From Cycas panzhihuaensis (taxonomy: Eukaryota; Plantae; Cycadophyta): a stretch of DNA of 64,000 bases. The position numbers and the translations under genes were made by a program. The stretch's first letter is position 1. Every line of letters starts with the position of its first letter. The notes below the pieces were generated by a model. The model worked only from the letters and a program-made list of their open reading frames with translations. It ran no database searches and was not told where the DNA came from. Below, piece after piece: positions 12,949 through 24,123 of this stretch. Location of the stretch: NCBI GenBank assembly GCA_023213395.1, contig CM041465.1:182349741-182413740 (forward strand), written 5' to 3'.

Positions 12949-14450
12949 TTAATGTTTAATGTTTAAACTAAGGACAATATAACTGACATACATTAACACT
13001 TGTCTTGAATTTGAGACTATAGACACTAAAGATAACATGACACTTTGACACATGATTATCAACGGACTCCAATGCACTTTGTCTTCTTTGAATCTCCAAC
13101 GTCTTGATCTTGGAAAGGTCTTGAACACCATGTCTTGGGCTTGATCTTGGTCTTCAATCCTGTAATGTCGTTTTTGAGGTAGTCCTTTGAACTGACGATC
13201 TTCGAGTTTTGCTTCTTTCACCTTCATACACAATTGGGAATCCTTTGACATACAAAGCAAGTAGTGAATGATGGCTAATTTAGCATGATACTGCATGTAC
13301 TCATCAAAGATATGTATCACCTATTTGCTTCCACTTTCTTCAGTGCGTGAATGACCAAAAAAATAGATGTTAGCAATATCATCATTATTCAAATGTAGCA
13401 ATGAGACACCATCATCCTCCCCTGAAGCAATGAATTCATTGAGATGAGTTCCAATTGCTTCATCATTATTACCTGTAGGCTGTGTAAAATACCCAATTTT
13501 CTCCATACCACTCAAGAGATTCCATGAACCAAGTATAAAGAGTATTTCCATGATACTTACATGCATATACTTCCTGATTATGAATATGCATACATGGAAC
13601 ATTATTTTAATATGATTGATTTTTATGATCAAGTAACCTACCCAAAATGTAATATGATTTTGACAAGCAAGATTTTGATCATATGGTATCCTCCTTATGT
13701 TCCTTCATTCTTGGAAACAACTTTCCAGTGCTGTTGTAGGATATGCTGTTATAATTTTGATTCTTTCAAAGATGAGAATAGAAGATGCACCTAAGTTGAA
13801 AGAGATCATGGATAGTTTCCAATACATGCATATCACTGTATGACCTATCATTATTTGAATTCTTCCTACCAATCTGTCAACACAAACTAGGATAATATTA
13901 TCCATACCTTTTGTTAGGCAACTTGTGTCTTCATGAACTATTACCGGTAAAGTTTGATGTCCGAGTCTTCAGCCCCCAAAGCTGGTTTTTTGATGAGACT
14001 TAAGACTTTGTCATGTTGCTTTTCTCTTTTTTCTTTCCTCTTCAATTTCTTCCTTTGATTCTTTGCCCTTTTGATCCTCTGCTGCATTTCTTCAGGTCCT
14101 TTTTCATGCACTTCTGTAAGTAGTTTCTAGGTGTCCTCAGCTAAGTCGATATTCTGCAGAACCTGGATAATGAAGTGATAGGAAGAAGGAAGGTAGTCCT
14201 TATCAAGGGCTGCAAGTATTACTTCAATAACAATTCTGTTTTTCTTTTTGAAAATTTCCTCCCCTTCTTCATGAGCCATTTCGGTACCCATAACTGTTTT
14301 CCAAAGTTTCTTCAATACGAATAGGCTCTCCATCTTAATTTTCCAAAAACGAAAATTAGTTCTAATATATTTGGGTAAAGGAAAAATGAGATCTGATAAC
14401 TAATATTCATTTTTTTCAGGCACAAAGGTGATAATGTCACTTAACTCCAT
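12949..14450 (-). pseudogene. Family X ORF (Copia Gag N-terminus + degenerate RNase H-like C-terminus), copy B
   Basis: ATG at 14450. NFRFWKIKMESLFVLKKLWK is gag-like. FNLGASSI..TAYPTTALE, KINHIKIMFH and DQAQDMVFKTFPRS are colinear with Copia RNase H. A few stops and a frameshift. Confidence 0.75.
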
Positions 14451-15409
14451 GAGGAAAAGATTGACTTAAGTGCAACTACTTTGCCCATAACAGAAGTAGT
14501 TCAACAACAAATACCCTGTGATCCAATGCTGCTAACTATTTTGAAAAATAGATACCTTGGGCAATCCACACTATTTTTGTCTCAACACTAATTTTTCACA
14601 ATTTCTATGCACAAAACAAAAGTAGACATAATAGTTAGAATAAGATTCTTGCCTTCAGCAACCCATCCTTAATTGAGGAAAGGGGTCGATCATCTAAAGT
14701 GGAGGTTGTTCTTGGTGTCACCACTGTGTATTTGCAGACTCAGTGATACTGTGCTCAGCTGGCAGTGAGCAAGAAAATAGCAGTCTTCAAACAATGGTCT
14801 TCAAACAGTACTCAGACAATCTTGCCTTTATTGCCTCATGGTCTCAGCTGGATGATACCTTTGAACTGATAATTTTTCAGGACCTCCTCCAATTTGATCA
14901 CACTTTTGGGGATGATTTTTCAGTCCTCCAAAGTGGGCTTTCCTTCAAAAATAGGCTGGCGCTTGATTTTGATAGCTGTACCGATGTTTGACAAAGATAG
15001 ACTTTTGCATGGACAGGTTTGACTTCTTCACGCTTTTCTTCTCCAGTCAAAATCCGGAATAGCTTGGAGCCTCTCGCCTCTTACTATGTTTTTATCCTCG
15101 TAGCTCCATCCTATTCTTGGATTCCAGATTAATCTTTAGTGGCGACCTGTATACTTGATCTCCTGTTAAGTGCTTCCACGGCTATTGTAGACTGCAAGGT
15201 GATAATAATGGACAAACTTCACAACAAAAAAGCAAACGATATATCTGTCGAGGTCCTTGCTGCCAGTAGACCTTCAGGTGAGATTTGTTCTCCAAATTCT
15301 GAGAGGACGCTAACTAGTAGACATGATTAGCTATTACTGAGGCAAAGTGTACTTCTCATCATGACTTCAGCTGCTTCTACGATAGATATCATGCTCTATT
15401 GATCAAATT

Positions 15410-15577
15410 TGTGAACACTACCAGGCTGTTGTATCCTCGATCAACAGAAATATAATTTGTGTCTGGCACCTGACCCCCTGTCTGAAAAGGTTTCATGAGA
15501 TCATTGAATTGGCCATGGATGTCTCCACAAATAGTAATTGGACTATGAACAGGCTATTTGATTCCTTTACCACAAAG
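15410..15577 (-). pseudogene. Captured fragment of Ser/Thr protein phosphatase PP6 (FyPP-like) catalytic subunit
   Basis: Minus strand [55 protein letters not shown] versus plant PP6 [52 protein letters not shown], with small deletions. Confidence 0.9.
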
Positions 15578-17852
15578 GACCCTTCTATAAACAATTATCA
15601 GGATGTTTAGCAGGCTTTTTGGACAGAGTGTAGGCATTTTGTAGGCTGCTGTACAATCATATGCAACAGTGACAGATACTCTATGGGGCTGGAACTGAGG
15701 ACTGATTGTAATGCCCAAACAATATTCACAGCGTGAGTAGCAATCCCAGAAGATTGAGGACGTTTTTAGAGTGACGGTTTAGAGCTGAGGATCTGGGAGT
15801 TGTAGACAGTAACCAGATGGATTCACAGTGACAGTAATCAAAAGCGCTTCATAAATCTTGTATGCAGGTGAGATGCATGGATGGCAACGTTCCTTAAAGC
15901 AATAGTCAAGAGGGTTCTGAGTATGCCTGCAGGTCTTCTAATTGCTGTACTACAACCGTATAGTCCCACTGAATGGAGATTTTCAGAACTGTGATAATTG
16001 CAAAGTTCTTTCAACTGCAGACAAAGTGGATAGTCTAGTCTATGCCTTTTTAGTCTTATGTTAGAGTCCATAGGCAGCAGTAACTCAGACAATCCATATC
16101 AGATTATCACATTTATTTATGACATATCAGGCACTGATCGTTTCCATAAGATGAATTCTTCAGAAACATGAGTCTCTTTTTTTGTTCCTAAACTCAGATT
16201 GGAAGATTTCAGATTTCATCTTCAGAATTTTCAAACACTGAAATCTACTGCACACTATTTCCTTTGCAGGCAAGAGAACGGAATTACCCAGGATTTGCAT
16301 GAAACTTGGCACTGTGGGGTTTCATCCTCTTCACTCAGAAATGTAAACGAACATCGCCTCGTGAGTTAATCGCCCACTGTCTCAAAGATATAGTCCTTGG
16401 CTGGACTTCCTTCTCTCTCAGAGATCTGCCGTTGCCCAGAGGAGTTTGTTATGAGAAGACACCGATCTGCAGTGTTAGAGACCTTATATAGAAATTATGA
16501 GTCCAATTCTGTAGTGGTTAGGGTTTTGTAGATGACTGTGGCTAACTACTCAGAGACCGTTACTATGGTCTACAGGCGACCTTCTACTGAGGATAGTTAC
16601 TCCACACAAGACTGGTCAGAATTAGCCATTTGCAACCTTATCACAGATGGCAGTCTATCAATCTTCCTTCAATCCACAACAATTAGCATGCTCTTCTTTA
16701 TCTATGGCTGGCAGAGTTTTGGACACTAATTCACAATTTCAATAAGGCTGATACAGAATTGTGCTGAGAATTTTCAGAACCAATACAGGATGGGTTTGGT
16801 AACTTACTCCAAGCTTTACCAGTCACTTCTCAACAAACCAATGATGACCTAGGACTTTACCTCTCAAATCTTCAATTTGTCAGCCGCCCTAATGGAGTCA
16901 CCTTCCTTCCTTATTTGCACACAAGAGCCTTAGCAAGTGACCTGCTATGATACCATGTTAGAATTTTAACATGGAGAACATTCATCAACCACACAAGAGC
17001 AATATCAATGAATAGAGATCAATATAATATAATCAGAATGCATTATCAAAAACACTAAAGACTCAATATGAGCCTTAATGATGTGTTGTTTTTATACACT
17101 ACCTCAACCACCTTTATATACAAAAGAGGTGGGAGACTATACATCCCAAGTAATGCATGTGGGACAAATACCTTTGTCTTGACCAATGACATTACACCAC
17201 TAACTTGACCAATAAGCTTCTATCTTTTTACATAGTATTATAATGACCCTTTGACCCTAATACTTAGGACTATGACTAATAATCCTAGGACCCACTTTTA
17301 CTTAACCACACACATTAAACATTATATTCTAACAATCATCTCATTTATAAGCAGCTCTTTCTCCTCTCATAGATCCTTGGTTTAATAGGCTTAATGCCCC
17401 TTTCTAACATTTGGTATCAGTGTAGCAGAGAGGAGTTATTTCTGCCCTAATTTCCTTGTTTCTTAAAAGGGTTTTCTGTTAAGATTTTAACATGGAGAAC
17501 ATTCATCAACCATATAAGAACAATATCAATGAACAAAGATAACATAATATAATCAGAATGCATTAACATATCAAAACACCAAAGACTCAATATGAGCCTT
17601 GATGATATGTTGTCTATACACTACCTCAACCACCTTTATATACAAAAGAGGTGGGAGACTACACAACTCAAGTAATGCATGTGGGACAAATACCTTTGTC
17701 CTGACCAATGATATTACACCACTAACTTGACAAATAAGTTTCTATCTTCTCACACAACATTATAATGACCCTTTGACTTTAAGACTTAGGACAATGACTA
17801 ATAATCCTAGGACCCACTTTTATTTAACCACACACATATTAAACATTATATT

Positions 17853-19260
17853 CTAACACCTCCCCTTAATGTTTAATGTCAAGATTGCAGAAAGTGACTG
17901 AATACAAAAGACTAACATGACACTTTGATACATGACCTTCAATCGACTCAAATACACTTTGTCTTCTTTGAATCTCCAATGTCTTGATCTTGGAAAGGTC
18001 TTGAACACAATGTCTTGGACCTGATCTTGGTCTTCAATCTTGCAATGTTGTTTTTGGAGTAGCCCTTTAGAGTGACGGTTCTGGGGCCTTGTCTTCTTTA
18101 TCTTCATGTTGAATTGGAAATCCTTTGTCATGCAAAATGAGTAATGAATCATGGCAGGTCCAATTTGAGCTTGGTATAGACTTGTTAGTTGTTCTTGCAT
18201 GTGCTCATCAAAGGTATCTACAAGATGTCGATCAAATATGTCTTCTATCAGAATTCTGATCACCACCTGTTTTCTTTTACTTTCTGTAGGTTGTGCAAGA
18301 TACCCCTTTCTCTCCATATCACTCAAAAGATTCCATGAACCAAGTACAATGAGTATTTCCATGATACTTACATGTATATACTTCCTGCTTATGGATATGC
18401 ACACATGGAACACTATTTCAATATGATTGACTTTTATGATCAAGTAACCTACCTATAATGTAGTATGATCTTGACAAGTAAGGTTTTGATCATATAGTAT
18501 CCTTCTTTCTTTGAAACAACTTTCTAATGCTGCTATAGGATATGCTGTCATAATTTGGATTCTCTCAAGGATGAACATAGAGATTGAATTGAGAGATATT
18601 ATGGAAAGTCTCCAACACATGCATATCAATATCTATCCAGACATCATTTGTATCTTAATTGTAAATCTGTTGGCACACACTAGAATGATATTATCCATAC
18701 CTTTTGTTAGGCAACTTGTGTCTCCATGAACTATTACTGGTAAAGGTTGATGCCTGAAATCTTCAACCTCCAAAGCTGGTTCTTTGATGAGACTTAAGGT
18801 ATTTGATGGAGTCAAGACTTTGTCATGTTGTTTTTCCCTTTTTTCTTTCCTCTTCAATTTCTTCCTTTGATTCTTTGCCCTTTTGATCCTCCGTTGCACT
18901 TCTTCAGGTCCTTTTTCATGCACATTTGTCAGTAGTTTCCAGGCGTCCTCACGTGAGTCGATATTTTGTAGAATTTGGACAATGAAGTGATAGGGAGAAG
19001 GAAGGTTATCCTTATCAAGGGCTGCAAGTATTATGTCAATGACAATTCTATTTTTCCTTTTGAAAATTTCCTCCCCTTTTTCGTGAGCCAATTCAGTACC
19101 CATAATTGTTTTCCAAAGCTTCTTCAATATGAATAGGCTCTCCATCTTAATTTTCCAAAAACGAAAATTAGTTCCAATATATTTGGGCAAGGGAAAAGAA
19201 AGATCTGATAGCCAGTATTCATTTTTTCAGGCACAAAGACTATGACGCACTCAACTCCAT
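17853..19260 (-). pseudogene. Family X ORF, copy C
   Basis: ATG at 19260. ORFs 18633..19190 and 17853..18443 are highly similar to the B ORF. Confidence 0.75.
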
Positions 19261-20123
19261 GATGTATGAACAAAAAATATCCTCTTCAACTTGGAGAAGG
19301 TCTAACAAATCAAAAATATACTAAAACCTGAATCTAAACCTGAAAAGCTTAATTTGGTCCATGCAACCATTCTTAATATGCAATATGCAATGGACAATCT
19401 CTCTAATTCATCCATCTCTGCTACATCACCTTAGGTGTCTTTGCCAAAGCCCTTGTAACTCCACACAACAATCCTTATAAATGCGAGTATGATTAGCTGG
19501 GGCCAGCATGTAAATGCTGAAATCGTATCAACTATCTGCAGAGGGAGAACCAGATCTCTTCAAATTTCCAGAGGAGATGACATCCAACACTCTTCGAAAC
19601 TTCACGGTGAGGTGTCTTCCTTTTCTACTTTCTCTGTTGCTAGTCAACTTAGGCCCTACTGGATAAGAAGTGCAAAGCACACTGTGTAACCAGAAGTAGC
19701 TTCCAGCCCTCATCACAGTCTATGAATGTTGCTGCTAAGCCAACCATCATGATGGGCAATGCTCTCCTTCCACATTTTGTGTATACCTGTAAACACCAAC
19801 TGCCCAAAAATTGGAGTTTCGCCAAGATCGTACTTTTCCACCACCGCCAAAACTGCCAAGATCATATTTTCCAGCCAATTTATCACACTGTTGTGTTACA
19901 ACTGCTTTCTGTTTCCTTGGACTTCGCCTTATTTGTTGTTTTCAGACCCGTTCAGGTCAGAACAACCGAGCTATTATCAAGTGCTGTTAGCTGTAAAGAA
20001 ATGACCTTCTCTTGCAATAGTCTTTATCGAGAATACTTAAAGCAGTCATAGACTCATTAACAGTCAATTGTAGAAAGGACTCCTTACCAGGCCACGGAAG
20101 AAACCGTCATCAGAGTTCTTGTA

Positions 20124-20455
20124 GTTGTCATTCAGGTTGTTCTGTCGTTGTATGCTAGTGCCGAACTACAGGTATTGTTTTGGATTCTATTTCAGAAACT
20201 GAACAAGATGTAAATATGTTCTAGAAGACACTATCAACTCCAGAAAATGGTTTGGCAGGGCTAAACATAGAAACTGAGAAGAATATATGAATCAGGGCAT
20301 CTTGGTTGCTGATGGTGTTAGTCATACTGTGCTGATTTATGAAGGATATGCGCTGCCTCACACAATCTTTAGGTTGGATCTTGCTGGGCAATATTTAACA
20401 AATATTTTGATGAAGATCCTGACTGAGAGAGGGTATTCATTCACTACTACTGCTG
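20124..20455 (+). pseudogene. ACT: Captured actin fragment, split by a 119-bp insert (20189-20307)
   Basis: 20124-20188 VVIQVVLSLYAS(G)RTTGIVLDS (1-bp deletion). 20308-20455 [49 protein letters not shown]. Together these correspond to actin residues ~135-205. Confidence 0.95.
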
Positions 20456-23269
20456 TCTGAAATAGCCATTCTCATACATCATCTGCAGATGATCAACTGC
20501 AGGGAAAAGGAGCTGGCAGAGCATTCAGAGTTGCAGGTGCCACTTCAGTATTGCAGAATCACAAGGAGTGCATCACAGTTCAGGAGTATACAGATCTAAA
20601 TCTTGGGATGTACAGTGTTGTTCGTCTTTCTCAGAGAGCCCAAATACAGTTTAGACTTCAAACAGAAAATTGCATCAACGCTTTAACACAGCCATATTAG
20701 GTAGCATCGAAAAAGGGACTTATACAAGAGTGGGCACTCTGTACATCTTTCAAAGGTCACTGTTTAACAGGTCAAGGAAGTTCTGTGTATGCTTGCAAGT
20801 CTTCTAATCCGCTCTACAACCGCATCCCTCTGAATGGAGATTTTTAGAACTGTGACAATTGCAAAGTTCTTTCAACTGAAGACTTCACTTGGTTTGAACC
20901 GGAGACATAGTGGATAGGTGTTATGATTACAATCTAGGCTATGCCTCTTCAGCCCTATGTCAGAATCCACAGGTAGCAGCAACTTAGATAGTCCATGTCA
21001 GATTAGCACATTTATTTACTATTGTGGAATATCAACTATATATGACATATCAGGCACAGACCGTTTCCACAAGGTGGATGCTTCAAAAACATGATATTCA
21101 GATTTCATCTTCAGAATTTTTAAACACTGAAATCTACTGCACACTATTTTCTTCGCGGGCAAGAGAACAAAATTACCTGGGATTTGCATCAAAACTTGGC
21201 ACTATGGGGCTGCATCTTCTTCACTCAGAAATGCAACCGGACAGCAGTGCTCAGAGTCAATCAGTCCGTTGTCTCAGCATACAGTCCTTGGTTGGGCTTC
21301 CTTTTCTCTTAGAGGTCTGTCGCTACCCAGAAGAGTTCACTATGAGAAGACACCAGTCTGCAGTGTTAGAGACCTTACACAGGAATTATGAGTCCAATTT
21401 TGTAGTGGTTAGGGTTTTGTAGACGATTGTGGCTGACCACTTACAGGGCCTTACAATGGGCTACAAGTGACTTTCTTCAGAACCAGCCATGTGCAATCTT
21501 CCCACAGATGGCAGTCTATTCATCTTCCTTCAATCCACAGCAGTTAGTATATTTTTCTTTATCTATGGCTGGCAGAGTTCTGGACTCTAATTCATAACTT
21601 CAGTAAGACTGATAGAGAGGACTTTAAACTTTACCAGTCACTTCTCAACAAACCAAAATAACCAGCTAAGGGATCAATATTACCTGGCTCAAAATTCTGT
21701 TGACCCAATACTTGGCACGCTTGAATTACTGATGACTTGGGATTTTACCTCTTAAATCTTCAATCTGTCAGCTGCCCTAATGGAGTCACCTTTCTTCCTT
21801 ATCTGCACACAAGAGCTTTAGCAAGCGACCGGCTCTGATACCATGTTAAGATTTTAACATGGAGAACATTCATCAACCATACAAGAACAATATCAACAAA
21901 CAAAGATAACATAATATAATCAGAATGCATTAACATATCAAAACACCAAAGACTCAATATGAGCCTTGATGATATGTTGTCTATACACTACCTCAACCAA
22001 GGTGGGAGACTACACAACGCAAGTAATGCATTTGGGACAAATACCTTTGTCTTGACCAATGATATTACACCACTAACTTGACCAATAAGTTTCTATCTTC
22101 TCACACAATATTATAACGACCCTTTGATTCTAAGACTTAGGACAATGACTAATAATCCTAGGACCCACTTTTACTTAACCACACACACATTAAACATTAT
22201 ATTCTAACATTTTCAAACCCTTGGTGACGACCTTCACTCTTCGAAGGTGATCCAAGGTTTGTTTGAAGTACTTTCTGTAGTTTTTTAACATTCTGGAGGT
22301 ATTTGCAGGCTGAAGACTATTTATAGTGTGTTTTGATTTTTTTTTTTTTTGCCTTAACACATTTTGTTGGGTGCAACACTAATTGTTGCTTCTAACTGAA
22401 TTCTTTGTTTGAAAAAGCAATTATTTCTTATGTATTTCATCTTAGATCTGTAAATACAAAGAGGTTTTGCTCATTTTTAGGCTTGAAAGACTTACCTAGT
22501 CTCAGATCTACTAGCTGAGACCATAGTTCTGCTGATTCTAACTCACTTTGTAGCTGCTCTGTATTAAGATCCACTCCCTACAATGGAAAAATCTATTCAT
22601 TCTTGTGATTACAGGCTTTTTGGGCTGAATCTAAGTCACACAGAGCAGGCACTCAGCCTCTGCAAGCTCCTCAACTTGGTGCAGTCCTCAGCTTTGAGCA
22701 ACTTATCAAATCCGAGGGTGACTCTATAAATCTTAGTACAACTCTTCTCTTCTATTTTGCTCTCTTTTGAAGCAGTCTAGACCTTGTTGTGGATCCCACA
22801 GAGTTATTTGAGTGATTGTACATCACTCCAACAGTCAGACAACAACTATTTTCTCTCCATGGCCCATGTGCCTAGTCGGATCTTTGTTTGTTCTGTTATC
22901 TGTCTACGGTGAAGGAAATCTCACGAGAACTTAGGAGAACCTTCGTTGACGTGGTGTGGACCCTCCTTTGAAATTTCGTTTGAATCTGTGCTCTCAGCAA
23001 GCAGATCGAACGACCTGAGTCTTTGCATAGATGTGTGGGTGACAACTCGTTCATTTTCTTCAAAAATTTCGTTTGAAAACTATATTGATATAACTATAGG
23101 TTAATATCAATTGGAATACTCCTTTTTAAATAAATATTTTATTCTAAGGTGAGCTTTTATTTAAGTGATTTCAATCTATTTAATCACTTTTACATGTAAT
23201 TTTAGCCTTTTTCTTTCATTTTTGAGTTCATTTAACACTAAGCGAGAAGTTTCATCTTTTTAGTGATTT

Positions 23270-24123
23270 TTCTAAGGCTCCCTGCGTGGTGACCTTAATG
23301 CCCTAGTCCTAAAAGGGCCAAAAAATTCACTTTTTTAATAAAATCACTTGATTTTTGGAGGCTAGTTAGGACTATTTAAAGTCCTAACACATTGGTGGTA
23401 CTTGTCTACTCTTGCAAGTGATTATTTTTCATCATTAAAGTGGTTATTTTCTCATTAAAAAGAACCCACTTGAAGCATTACATCAAACAAGCTCTTTGTT
23501 TTACTTGGATACTTAGCACTTTTTTTTCTATTTTAAGTGTTCTTGAAAACACTGAATGTCTTACTTTTGATGTATTCATTTGTTTTTTTTTTTAAGCCTC
23601 TTTTGTAAGCGTTTGATCAAGCATTTGTAAGCAGCATTTCATTAAATAAAATTTACTTAAAGTCAACTTAAACTCCTTAAAAGTTGACTTTAAAATCTTG
23701 TTAGAGAGGCTCGGAAAAGGTTAAATCCTTGCCTCTAAAATAATCTCAAGTTTGGTGCATTCCCTAGGGGACCAACCAACCGTACGATCAATGCACGACA
23801 ATTGAGATTTCTTGGGAAAAAGGAGGTTCGAAAAGGTTGTTATTGGGGTTGTGAATCCCATGGAAAGCATGGTACGTCCATGCAGATCAACCCTATCTGC
23901 CTTGTTCTAGATTTGACTTGGTCAATTGTTGGACCTACTTAAAGATCAAGGTTGGACCAACTGTATAGCCTAGTCCTCCACCCTTCATCATTCTCTTCAG
24001 TTGTTGGATCTTCTAGTAAGATCATGACTGTTGGTTTGTTAGAAGGTGGAACTTAAGTGATGAAAGCTTTGAGTTTCCAAGTTCATCTGCTAGCTTCAAG
24101 ACTTTTTAAACAACTTCAACATA
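23270..24123 (+). promoter_or_regulatory. Structured 5' leader of Copia A (homologue in E at ~57715-58826)
   Basis: Series of inverted repeats conserved between A and E, several with compensatory substitutions. Confidence 0.6.

Larger units (their letters stand above)
12558..17334 (-). mobile_element. Non-autonomous LTR element B (family X), inserted in the 5' LTR of A
   Basis: LTRs 12558-12941 and 16956-17334; TSD ATCAT/ATCAT. Minus-strand PBS TGGTATCATAGC at 16944-16955; PPT AAGGGGAGG at 12942-12950. No RT or integrase motifs seen. Confidence 0.95.
17477..22209 (-). mobile_element. Non-autonomous LTR element C (family X), inserted in the 5' leader of A
   Basis: LTRs 17477-17858 and 21844-22209; TSD TTTTC/TTTTC. 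Perfect minus-strand PBS TGGTATCAGAGC at 21832-21843; PPT adjacent to 17858. Confidence 0.95.

Noticed and set aside
20124-20455. Functional actin gene
   Set aside because: Only ~70 codons, with a frameshift, an insert and an immediate stop, all lying inside element C.
24045-24080. TGATGAAA inside a hairpin as a hammerhead ribozyme core
   Set aside because: Lacks the CUGAUGA...GAAA three-stem arrangement and is not conserved in E (CGACAAAA).
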